Origin: Candidatus Kaiserbacteria bacterium CG10_big_fil_rev_8_21_14_0_10_59_10 | Lineage (GTDB): Bacteria; Patescibacteriota; Minisyncoccia; Phycocordibacterales; UBA2100 | DNA length: 64,000 nt | Direction of reading: 5' to 3' | Assembly (NCBI GenBank): GCA_002773285.1 | Contig: PFBM01000021.1 | Span: 14,312-78,311, forward strand | In this document: in pieces, positions 9,974 through 18,175 of the stretch | Layout of the letters: every line of letters begins with the position of its first letter | Numbering within the stretch: the stretch's first letter is position 1 | The notes under the pieces: model-generated | The model's database searches: none | Told to the model about the DNA's origin: nothing | What the model saw: the letters and a program-made list of their open reading frames with translations, nothing else | Position numbers and translations under genes: made by a program

Positions 9974-11034
9974 AGAGAGGCACGTCGTCAGTCGCGCCGG
10001 CTCACGCGACGCTCTATCGCACCTACCGGCCTTCGGCATTTGAAGACGTGCGCGGCCAGGAGCACGTGGTGAGCGTTCTGCAAGCGGCGATTGCGAGCAA
10101 AAAACTCGCGCACGCGTACCTGTTTGTCGGCGGGAGAGGAACGGGAAAAACAACCGTGGCGCGCATTTTTGCACGCGAGCTCGGCGTAAGCGACAAGGAC
10201 CTCTACGAGATGGATGCGGCCTCGCACACGAGCGTTGAGGACGTTCGCGAGCTGCGCGAGGGTGTGAACGCGATGCCGTTCGAGTCGCCCTACAAGTTCT
10301 ACATAATCGATGAGGCTCACATGCTCTCGAAACAGGCCTGGAATGCATTCCTGAAAACGCTCGAGGAACCGCCTCCCCATGTGCTGTTCGTGCTCGCAAC
10401 GACCGAGCGAGACAAAGTGCCGGATACGATACAATCGCGCTGCGATGTCTATAGTTTCAGACCGCCGACGCGGGAGATGCTTGCGGAAGCCGTAACGACG
10501 GTTGCAAAAAAAGAGGGATACGCGCTGGAGCGCTCCGCTGCGGAGCTCGTCGCGCTGTTGGCGGAAGGGTCGTATCGCGATGCGCTTTCGATACTGCAAA
10601 AGGTCCTTACCGTGTCGAAGGACAAAAAAATTGACGTTACAGAAGTCGAAGCGGTCACCGGCGCGCCGCGCGGGGAGCTGGTACGCCAATTGCTGCGTGC
10701 AATGGCGGAAGCGAACGCGTCCGATGCGCTTCGCGCAGTGCAAGAGGCGGTTGCCGCGAATCTGGACGCGCGAACCCTGACAAAGCTTCTCATTCACCGA
10801 TTGCGCGTTGTAATTTTGCTGCGATTCGCGCCGGAGCTTGCAAGCGCATTCTCTAAAGAGCTTGCGGAGCCGGATATGGAACTTGCAACAGCGCTTTCCA
10901 AGAGTGCCGAGGTCACGTCTGACGCGCTTCGCGTGCTTCTGGATGCGTACGAGAGAATGGCCTACGCTGCCGTTCCGCACGTCCCGCTTGAGCTTGCGAT
11001 AGTGGACATATGCGGCGCGGCGGCGCAAGAGTAG
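9970..11034 (+). CDS. dnaX: DNA polymerase III gamma/tau, short form lacking the Zn module
   Basis: LYRTYRP, GGRGTGKTT, IIDEAHML, NAFLKTLEEPP, TIQSRC. Confidence 0.95.
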   Translation: MKRGTSSVAPAHATLYRTYRPSAFEDVRGQEHVVSVLQAAIASKKLAHAYLFVGGRGTGKTTVARIFARELGVSDKDLYEMDAASHTSVEDVRELREGVNAMPFESPYKFYIIDEAHMLSKQAWNAFLKTLEEPPPHVLFVLATTERDKVPDTIQSRCDVYSFRPPTREMLAEAVTTVAKKEGYALERSAAELVALLAEGSYRDALSILQKVLTVSKDKKIDVTEVEAVTGAPRGELVRQLLRAMAEANASDALRAVQEAVAANLDARTLTKLLIHRLRVVILLRFAPELASAFSKELAEPDMELATALSKSAEVTSDALRVLLDAYERMAYAAVPHVPLELAIVDICGAAAQE

Positions 11035-11055
11035 GGCGCCCTGTCGGGCGCCCTT
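11033..11055. terminator. Hairpin between convergent genes
   Basis: agggcgccc-tgtc-gggcgccct. Confidence 0.55.
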
Positions 11056-11083
11056 GCGCAATGCCGCGCTCACGCCGGCTCGC

Positions 11084-11521
11084 TCAGTATTTTTCGAGCA
11101 GCTTCACCCGAACGTCAGGCCCGGGAAAGCGTTGGCGCAGCTCCTCCTTGAACTTCTTGAGTCCTATCCGGAGCCGGCCATCTTTTCTCATTATGCAGTA
11201 GGCCGTCTCAAGCCCATTTATCTTTCGAAGCAGCTCGGCCAGGTCGCACAGCTGCGCCTCCGTAAGCGCGTACTCGGTTTTGCGCGCCGGCGGCATGGGG
11301 TCTGCAAGAGGCATCCTCTGCTCCAACCGCCTCCGCAGCGTTTCGAGCAGGGCGTCCCTTTTCCCGAGCGCGTAGATCTGGTCCGACCGTGCGGGAATCC
11401 CCCGGCTATGAAGCTCCTGGACGATACGCGGGGCCGGCACGCAGAGGTCCTTGGAGAGCATTCGGAAGATGCACCGCATAGCTTTCTCGCTATACTGCAA
11501 CTTATTAAGATGGATCGTCAT
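11084..11521 (-). CDS. Hypothetical protein (ORFan)
   Basis: 145-aa ORF with AGAGGAGG SD upstream; fills the dnaX-tRNA gap. Confidence 0.65.
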   Translation of the reverse strand: MTIHLNKLQYSEKAMRCIFRMLSKDLCVPAPRIVQELHSRGIPARSDQIYALGKRDALLETLRRRLEQRMPLADPMPPARKTEYALTEAQLCDLAELLRKINGLETAYCIMRKDGRLRIGLKKFKEELRQRFPGPDVRVKLLEKY

Positions 11522-11635
11522 GGATCCCTCCTCTTCTCAGCGGCTAACGCATACATATACAACATGCGCGGAATAAAGCAATGAGTGCGTGCGTGTTCTT
11601 GTCCATATCAGCTTCGTCGTGCATCATGCTCATAT

Positions 11636-11706
11636 TCCGGGGTCGTCTAATGGTAGGACATCGCCCTTTGGAGGCGAGTATCTTGGTTCGAATCCAAGCC
11701 CCGGAA
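11636..11706 (+). tRNA. tRNA-Gln(TTG); CCA not encoded
   Basis: Acceptor TCCGGGG/CCCCGGA; anticodon arm TCGCC-CTTTGGA-GGCGA; T-arm CTTGG-TTCGAAT-CCAAG. Confidence 0.95.
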
Positions 11707-11761
11707 TTGCTGCTTCATGCGCCGAACTGCGCATGCTCCGTTGAATCCGTATACTGCCAGC

Positions 11762-12589
11762 ATGCCAAGGTTCGCCACAGTCGAGAAGCGGGTGGGGGAA
11801 ACGCCTCTTCAAGCGCTCGAAGCGTACCGCGCGTCCCGCGCGGAGCTCGGGGACACTCCGATGGCATACGCTGGCCGGCTGGACCCGATGGCGAGCGGCA
11901 CGCTCCTTTTGCTTATCGGCGAGGAGTGCAAACGGGCCGACGCATACTTGAACCTTGATAAAGAGTACGAATTTGAGGTGCTGCTCGGGTACGAGAGCGA
12001 TAGCGGCGACGTATTGGGCATGCCGCGCGAGTGTGCCATCGGGCCGGACGTGAATGATAAAGCCGCGCAGCAGGCAGGCAGGCGGCTCATTGGCACGCAC
12101 GAACTGCCGTATCCCGCGTATTCCTCGAAGGCGGTCGGCGGCAAGGCGCTTTTTCAGCATGCGCATGATGAGACATTGCGGGACATAGAGATACCGACAC
12201 GGCGTATGCGTGTGTATCGAGTCGACTATCTTGGCAGCCGCACGCTATCGTCGACTACGCTGGTGAAGGAAATAATCGCCGATATCGAGCAACTGCATGT
12301 CACGCCGCAGCCGAAGGTGAAAGGGACTGATTTTCGAAAGGGCGAGATACTGGCTGCATGGAAGAATAGACGCCTGCCAGGGCGCACGTGCGTGCTCCTA
12401 AGGTACCGGGCTATTGTGTGCTCGGGCACGTACATACGCTCGCTTGCGCCTCTCGTCGCCCGGCATCTGGGTACGTGCGGACTTGCCCGCTCTATACATC
12501 GTACCGCTCTCGGCCGGTACTACTCGCCGCTCGGCATCGGCTATTGGCGTCCTCATTTCCGACATGCTCAGCGTAGACCCGCGATGTGA
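11762..12589 (+). CDS. truB: TruB-like tRNA pseudouridine synthase
   Basis: YAGRLDPMASGTL, KEYEFEV, YPAYSSK, CSGTYIRSL. Confidence 0.85.
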   Translation: MPRFATVEKRVGETPLQALEAYRASRAELGDTPMAYAGRLDPMASGTLLLLIGEECKRADAYLNLDKEYEFEVLLGYESDSGDVLGMPRECAIGPDVNDKAAQQAGRRLIGTHELPYPAYSSKAVGGKALFQHAHDETLRDIEIPTRRMRVYRVDYLGSRTLSSTTLVKEIIADIEQLHVTPQPKVKGTDFRKGEILAAWKNRRLPGRTCVLLRYRAIVCSGTYIRSLAPLVARHLGTCGLARSIHRTALGRYYSPLGIGYWRPHFRHAQRRPAM

Positions 12590-12682
12590 GACCTCGCGTG
12601 TTGCGGTGTGCTCCTGCTGTGCTATCCCCAGGTAGCGGTAGCGCATGGCTTTGGCAGCCGTAAAAGGCGCTATAGTGCGCGC

Positions 12683-13159
12683 ATGCAAAATACGCAGCAG
12701 ATGCTCCTTTTCCTGCTACGCGTCTTGATGGGATGGTTCTTGTTCTATGCGGGTATAACGAAAGTGCTGAACCCGGAGTGGTCGGCGGCGGGATTTCTGA
12801 ACAATGCCAAGACGTTTCCGGAGTTCTTCCAATTTTTCGCCACGCCGGCGGTATTGCCGCTGACAAATTTCCTCAACGAGTGGGGGCTTACGCTTATCGG
12901 CCTCGCGCTCATGCTGGGAGTCTTCGTACGCTTGAGCGCGATACTCGGCGCCGCGCTGATGGTTTTGTACTATTTCCCGACGCTTGATTTTCCGTATCCG
13001 TCCGTACACACCTTTATCGTAGACGACCACGTGATATATGCGGTCCTGCTCCTGTACCTGGCATGGGTGCGCGCAGGCCGCGTTGTGGGGCTTGAGAAGT
13101 GGCTTTCATCGCACCCTAAAATTATCGCTAATGTTCCTACACTGCGGCGCTTGATCTAA
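12683..13159 (+). CDS. DoxX family membrane protein
   Basis: LLRVLMGWFLFYAGITK, GLALMLGVFVRL, multiple TMs. Confidence 0.85.
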   Translation: MQNTQQMLLFLLRVLMGWFLFYAGITKVLNPEWSAAGFLNNAKTFPEFFQFFATPAVLPLTNFLNEWGLTLIGLALMLGVFVRLSAILGAALMVLYYFPTLDFPYPSVHTFIVDDHVIYAVLLLYLAWVRAGRVVGLEKWLSSHPKIIANVPTLRRLI

Positions 13160-13189
13160 AGCGCGCAGCTTGATGGCACGGGGGAATAC

Positions 13190-13213
13190 GCGCCCGCGGC
13201 GGGCGCCTTTTTG
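13190..13213 (+). terminator. Intrinsic terminator after DoxX
   Basis: gcgcccgc/gcgggcgc stem followed by a T-run. Confidence 0.6.
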
Positions 13214-13299
13214 CGGCGGGTGCGCATGGTGCTTAATCGGCACTACAGAAAGCGGCACGTATAGTGTCACATATACTCACCCGAATGGTCGGCCCATGT

Positions 13300-13632
13300 A
13301 TGAAAATAGAAATTTATTTCAATGATAAGGAACTGGAGCAGCGGGCGTCCTACGACCCGGAGGCGAGGGAGGAGCTAAGGAAGGCCGTCGCGGCAATTGC
13401 CATCTTGCACGCGCGGGATCTCGCTGAGGCGCGCGCACTGGACGAAAAATACGTGCCGCAGCTCGCAACGGCGGGGATGGGCGTGTTCGACCAGGCGTAC
13501 AATGTATACATGAAATATGGAGGCGTATTTGAAGAAACGACCGCGTTCGCGCCGTACTTCGGGTGGTGGGCGCGGCAGGCGATGATCGAGTATATCGGTT
13601 CGATACGCGCGCCAATCACGCGCGTAGAGTAA
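13300..13632 (+). CDS. Stand-alone sigma-70 region 1.2/2-like protein (110 aa; no sigma3/sigma4)
   Basis: DPEAREELRKA ~ GDEEAKRRLAEA; QLATAGMGVFDQAY ~ DLIQEGNMGLMKAV; FAPYFGWWARQAMIEYI ~ FSTYATWWIRQAITRAI. Confidence 0.7.
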   Translation: MKIEIYFNDKELEQRASYDPEAREELRKAVAAIAILHARDLAEARALDEKYVPQLATAGMGVFDQAYNVYMKYGGVFEETTAFAPYFGWWARQAMIEYIGSIRAPITRVE

Positions 13633-13648
13633 GCAAAGCGAGGCCGTG

Positions 13649-14419
13649 CTAGTGTGCGAGGGTAGCGTAGACCACCAAGCGATGGTCATAGGTGCCGAGG
13701 CTGCGAACGTACGACCCCGCGCAGGTTATTACGTGCAGGTGTTTTCCGCCGTCGTTCCTGTTGAAGAGCATATCGGACGTCAGATCCGACAGACGGTGTG
13801 TCTTGGTATGCGTCACTACATACCGAAGCCGGCTGCCGTCTTCAGCTGTCACATATATCTCGTCGCCGGCCTTGACGCGGTGCAGCTCGGAAAACGCGGC
13901 ATATACGTGCGCTGCGAGCACCGCACTGCCCGTGTTGCCGGGCAGGACCCCGTACTTATACCAACCGACGTTATCGGTGCGCCCATCGGGCACATCCATG
14001 TCTCCCTTGTCGTTAATGCCGACCTGCTGGATGGGTGAATTGAGGCCGATGGCCGGCATCTGGACACGTACGGGATATGTGGAAGAGGTAGCGGATAGGG
14101 GTGACGGGCTTGAAGGAACCGGTGTCGCACTCACACCCTCCTCTACTTTTCCTTCCGGAACTGCTGCTCGTGCGACAGATAACGCGACCTCGAGCGTGCC
14201 GTTGGGTGGCGACGAGGCCCCATCCAAAGGCGGCTCGTGTGACGGAATCTCAGCGATGAATGGGGGCAGGTCTAGGGCAATGCCGGAGCGAGCATCATTG
14301 GTAGGAAGCGTTGCGCTGCCGCTACCGGGGTCAAGCAGCGCTGCGTGCGCGCTTGCACCTAGAACGGCGACGCATCCGCATGCAGCTAACAATAGTACTG
14401 TACGCATGAACCGATGCAT
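13649..14419 (-). CDS. Class F sortase
   Basis: VGWYKYGVLPGNTGSAVLAAH, VITCAG, YDHRLVV (H/C/R triad); N-terminal signal or anchor. Confidence 0.9.
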   Translation of the reverse strand: MHRFMRTVLLLAACGCVAVLGASAHAALLDPGSGSATLPTNDARSGIALDLPPFIAEIPSHEPPLDGASSPPNGTLEVALSVARAAVPEGKVEEGVSATPVPSSPSPLSATSSTYPVRVQMPAIGLNSPIQQVGINDKGDMDVPDGRTDNVGWYKYGVLPGNTGSAVLAAHVYAAFSELHRVKAGDEIYVTAEDGSRLRYVVTHTKTHRLSDLTSDMLFNRNDGGKHLHVITCAGSYVRSLGTYDHRLVVYATLAH

Positions 14420-14599
14420 TCTATGGGCACGCCATGTTCATGTCTATATCATTCATGAATCTGAAGAGCTCATGAACCTATGCGGCTACAAAAGCAGCAA
14501 AAAGGGTTTGCACTACGCGTGCGAACTCATCGATTGTCCACACCGCCTCCGGACACCTGCAGCGCTGTCGCGCACGCCGAAGCGCGCTATACTATGCTG

Positions 14600-14884
14600 G
14601 TGGAAGATTTCTTGAAAATGGATATCTTTTTCGTAGTGACGACACTCGTCGTTGCGGTCTTAGGGCTTTTTGCCGCGATCGCCCTTTACTACGTAGTGCG
14701 CATTCTTCGCAATGTCGAGCATATATCACACAATGTCGCCGAGGAGAGTGATAACCTCCGCGCCGATATTGCACAGCTGCGCGAGCGCGTGCGCGCCGAG
14801 GGTTTTCGATTGAAGCACGTCGCCGCATTCGTTCGCTCGCTGTTCGGACGAGCGGCGCGCGTGGCAAAAAAGAAGCGCAAGTAA
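14600..14884 (+). CDS. Single-TM coiled-coil protein (DUF948/YtxG-like)
   Basis: FLKMDIFFVVTT, TM, amphipathic helix; GTG 6 nt after TATACT. Confidence 0.7.
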   Translation: MEDFLKMDIFFVVTTLVVAVLGLFAAIALYYVVRILRNVEHISHNVAEESDNLRADIAQLRERVRAEGFRLKHVAAFVRSLFGRAARVAKKKRK

Positions 14885-14958
14885 TTAATGCGGCTTTCAT
14901 GAGTTGCGCGTAATGCTGTAGTATTCTGAGAGTTATTAGTAACAGTATTACATCACCT

Positions 14959-15378
14959 ATGGTTAAGAAGCGTACGCAAAAAGCGATGGGGATAGGAGCG
15001 GGTCTCGCAGCGGCAGGCGCCGCGGCCGCCGCAGGGTACTATTTTTACGTGAGCAAGGACGCGGCGAAGCATCGTCGCGTTGCCGCGAAGTGGGCGAGTG
15101 GGTTCAAGAAAGAAGTCGTCAAGCAGGCGAAGGCGGTTAAGAACGTGAATAAGACCGCCGTGCTTGCGGCGGTGGATAAGGCGACAGAAATGTATACCAG
15201 GGCACGCAAAACCGATAGAGCGGATATTATGCGCGCTGCCGAGGAGCTGAAGAAAAACTGGCAGCGCGTCGCGCAAGAAGTGCAGGCAGCTGCCGAGAAA
15301 GGGGCTCGTTCCGCTCGCAAAACGGCAAAGAAGACGGCAAAGCGAACTACACGCAAGAAAACCGCAAAGCGCCGGTAA
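14959..15378 (+). CDS. YtxH-like membrane-anchored protein with Lys/Ala/Thr-rich tail
   Basis: GAGLAAAGAAAAAGYYFY anchor; C-terminal KTAKKTAKRTTRKKTAKRR. Confidence 0.75.
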   Translation: MVKKRTQKAMGIGAGLAAAGAAAAAGYYFYVSKDAAKHRRVAAKWASGFKKEVVKQAKAVKNVNKTAVLAAVDKATEMYTRARKTDRADIMRAAEELKKNWQRVAQEVQAAAEKGARSARKTAKKTAKRTTRKKTAKRR

Positions 15379-15482
15379 TGCAGCGGCTTTATAGCTTGGC
15401 ACCTGCGTGCGTATGCTTTACACACGGGGGTGGCGCGGGGCTCTTCGGCCTGCGCCCTCCCGTGCATGCCGTGGCACATTGA

Positions 15483-15680
15483 TCAGTTGTCCGGCGTCGG
15501 CGAGACCGGTGGAACTGTTATGTTCGGTGCCTGCGTTTCCGGCAGGTTTACATCTATGTTCGTGCGCTCTTCCTGCTGCCCCCATAGTGGCCCTCGCAGG
15601 AACCACACGAGGGCTCCGACGACGATGATAATAAGCAACACTATGAGCACTGTGTTGACGCCTGAGTTGTCTCTGTCCAT
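15483..15680 (-). CDS. Small single-TM protein (65 aa)
   Basis: VLIVLLIIIVVGALVWFL TM followed by NIDVNLP and a Pro-rich tail. Confidence 0.7.
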   Translation of the reverse strand: MDRDNSGVNTVLIVLLIIIVVGALVWFLRGPLWGQQEERTNIDVNLPETQAPNITVPPVSPTPDN

Positions 15681-15902
15681 ATAAGAACCGCGTATCTATG
15701 ATAAATAAAAGCGGATCTGCCCCGTGCGGTGCGCGGAACCCCGCATAGTGATGGTTGCACTACAAACTGAAGACGCCATGAAGTGCGGGCGTGCGCCACA
15801 GCTGCATATATCCGCTCAATATACCTTGCACAACGCCTGCGCCTCGTTCATATTTTGCACATTAACGCGCACGCACAATGCGGTGCGTTATGCATACTTT
15901 CT

Positions 15903-16277
15903 ATGATAGAAAGCGAGCAGCGGGGTAGACGTACCATTGACCTGGATGAGATCCGGGCATGGGCGGAGGAGCGCGGGGGAGTCCCCGCGATAGCCGAGCG
16001 CGCCAAAGATGCAGAAGGCGGAGACCTGCTACGCATCGTCTTTGATGACACGGAGAAACACGTGCGGGAAGTTCCCTGGGAAGATTTCTTCGCCGTGTTC
16101 GAGGCAAATAAGCTTGTGTTTGTATACGACGCTCCCGTGGCAGGAGAGCCGTTGAGCTTGGAGCACGAATTTGCTGAGCGCACGACTGCCGACATTGAGA
16201 GTGCGGAACCACTGGAAGAGTACGGCGAAGACGATTGGCTTGATGAGGGAGAAGAAGAGCTCGAGGAGCTGCTTTGA
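15903..16277 (+). CDS. Conserved hypothetical protein with acidic tail
   Basis: TIDLDEIRAWAEERGGVPA, LLRIVF, VPWEDFFAVFEANKLVFVY; resembles a widespread uncharacterised small domain. Confidence 0.75.
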   Translation: MIESEQRGRRTIDLDEIRAWAEERGGVPAIAERAKDAEGGDLLRIVFDDTEKHVREVPWEDFFAVFEANKLVFVYDAPVAGEPLSLEHEFAERTTADIESAEPLEEYGEDDWLDEGEEELEELL

Positions 16278-16397
16278 GGGATTCACCCCTCTTTCACCGC
16301 GGGGCCGGCATACTTATCGTCAGGTCGATGTTACGAGCCAAACAAGATTTGAGCTAGTGACATGATTACAAACTCGTCACACGAACGTTAACCGCAG

Positions 16398-16655
16398 ATG
16401 ATCCGTATGACCATGCTCAAAAGAATTATAAGCGTGTCTGCTCCTCTTGCAGCCCTTGCAGCCGCGGGTATTGCGAATGCGCAAACAGCGACACAGACCG
16501 CGACCACAGCAACGCCTACACCCGGCATTCCGGAGACCGGCGTAGGCGGGGATATGGTGATGAATCTTGTCCTATTGGGCGCAGCAGCGCTCATAGCAGG
16601 CGCAGGCGCCATGTACCTGTATGTGACGCGCTCGCGCGGGGCAGACAGGGTGTAG
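16398..16655 (+). CDS. Minimal sortase substrate: signal peptide, Thr-rich peptide, IPETG sorting signal
   Basis: Signal peptide ending ANA; IPETG, hydrophobic TM and RSR tail; directly upstream of a sortase. Confidence 0.8.
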   Translation: MIRMTMLKRIISVSAPLAALAAAGIANAQTATQTATTATPTPGIPETGVGGDMVMNLVLLGAAALIAGAGAMYLYVTRSRGADRV

Positions 16656-16686
16656 CCATGATCGTTAGCCCGGCGTCTGCGCGCGT

Positions 16687-17427
16687 ATGAGGATACGTAC
16701 GCACAGCAGAGAAGTGGCAGCGGCAGTTCTTGCCGCTGCCATTCTCGTAGGAGGCACGGCGGCGGTCCGCACGCTGCTGGTTCTGCCTGCCTCGGCGCTT
16801 CTCGTGCCGTACCCAACGGAAGCTCATGAGAAGAACGACGCGTTCGGGCTCATACGGTTTGTTACAGAGACAGCAACGCCGTTTAGCGGTGCGCAAGGCG
16901 CGTCGCGAGCGGAGAGACCGTTCCGGGCGCGGCCGGCTGCCTCAGAGAGGAATGGCGCATCGGAGGCGATGGGAACGGCGCAGCCCATGCGGCTCCAAAT
17001 ACCGCATATACGAGTCGACGCGCCGGTCGTGAGGGTCGGCATCAACGGGGTTGGCAATATGGCAACGCCATCGTCGTTCAGCGAGGTCGGCTGGTATCGG
17101 CATGGCCCGCGACCCGGCGAGCCGGGAAGCGCCGTCCTTGCCGGGCATGTAGACAATGCACTCGGGTTTCCCGGCGTCTTTAAGAGATTGGGTGAGTTGC
17201 GGGAAGGAGATGTGCTGTATATCACTGTGGCTGATGGCACTGCTCTGCGATTTGTTGTCGCCTCTGTGGAAACGCATCCATATAATGACGCACCTACGAA
17301 CGAGATTTTTTCGACGGGCGGCGCGCCGCGTGTCACGCTTATCACCTGTGCCGGCTCCTGGCTGCGCAGTGCCGGCACATACGATACGCGGCTCGTCGTC
17401 ACGGCATACTTGGCGGATGATAAGTAA
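16687..17427 (+). CDS. Class F sortase
   Basis: VGWYRHGPRPGEPGSAVLAGHVD, LITCAG, YDTRLVV. Confidence 0.92.
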   Translation: MRIRTHSREVAAAVLAAAILVGGTAAVRTLLVLPASALLVPYPTEAHEKNDAFGLIRFVTETATPFSGAQGASRAERPFRARPAASERNGASEAMGTAQPMRLQIPHIRVDAPVVRVGINGVGNMATPSSFSEVGWYRHGPRPGEPGSAVLAGHVDNALGFPGVFKRLGELREGDVLYITVADGTALRFVVASVETHPYNDAPTNEIFSTGGAPRVTLITCAGSWLRSAGTYDTRLVVTAYLADDK

Positions 17428-18092
17428 TGACGCATGCTGCATACATGACGATACGGTTTGTTGATAGAGCGGAGGCAGGGAAGGCACTGGCTGAAGCGCT
17501 TCTGGGTTATCGCAGCGATGCACCTGTCATCTACGCATTGCCCCGCGGCGGCGTAGCTGTTGGGTATGAGATCGCTCGGGCACTACGGGCGCCGCTTGAG
17601 ATCATTCTCACGCGGAAGATAGGGCACCCCCTCAACGCAGAATATGCAATATGCGCGATAGCGGAAGGTGGGGAGCCGCTCTGCAACGAATTGGAGCGCG
17701 CGGAGCTTGACGACGCGTGGCTTGCGGCGGCGTGCAAACGGGAGCGTGCGACACTCGCGCACAGAGCGGCACTGTACCGCGGCGATGGGGCGCGCATCTC
17801 AGCACGCGGTCGAGTCGCGATACTGGTGGACGACGGCATTGCGACGGGGCTTACGATGCGCTCGGCCATTGCGGTGTTGAGAGGTGAGGAACCCAAGAAG
17901 CTTATCGTTGCGGCGCCCGTGTGCCCCGCCGATGTCATTGCAGAGCTGCATGAGGCGGGAGCGGACGAAACAGTCATTTTGGAGAAAGGAAAGCCATATC
18001 TCGGTGCGGTCGGCGCATACTATCGGGAGTTCCCCCAGCTCACCGACAACGAGGTCATCGCCGCTCTCCAGGGGTCGAGGAAAACGGAATAA
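17427..18092 (+). CDS. Phosphoribosyltransferase family protein
   Basis: FVDRAEAGKALA, ALPRGGV, ILVDDGIATGLT, AVGAYYREFPQLTDNEV. Confidence 0.9.
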   Translation: MTHAAYMTIRFVDRAEAGKALAEALLGYRSDAPVIYALPRGGVAVGYEIARALRAPLEIILTRKIGHPLNAEYAICAIAEGGEPLCNELERAELDDAWLAAACKRERATLAHRAALYRGDGARISARGRVAILVDDGIATGLTMRSAIAVLRGEEPKKLIVAAPVCPADVIAELHEAGADETVILEKGKPYLGAVGAYYREFPQLTDNEVIAALQGSRKTE

Positions 18093-18175
18093 GCGTTTGC
18101 GCTTGCGTCGAGTATGGACGTAGGCGCTCCTGACGAGACATTGCGCAACAGCCGACAGCGTGCACAATATCGCTC

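Noticed and set aside
15483-15680. LPETQ as a second sortase motif
   Set aside because: Lacks the Gly, and the TM is N-terminal rather than following the motif
14508-15763. Shared TTGCACTAC at 14508 and 15755 upstream of two minus-strand genes
   Set aside because: Only a 9-mer in two copies at unequal distances; compatible with chance
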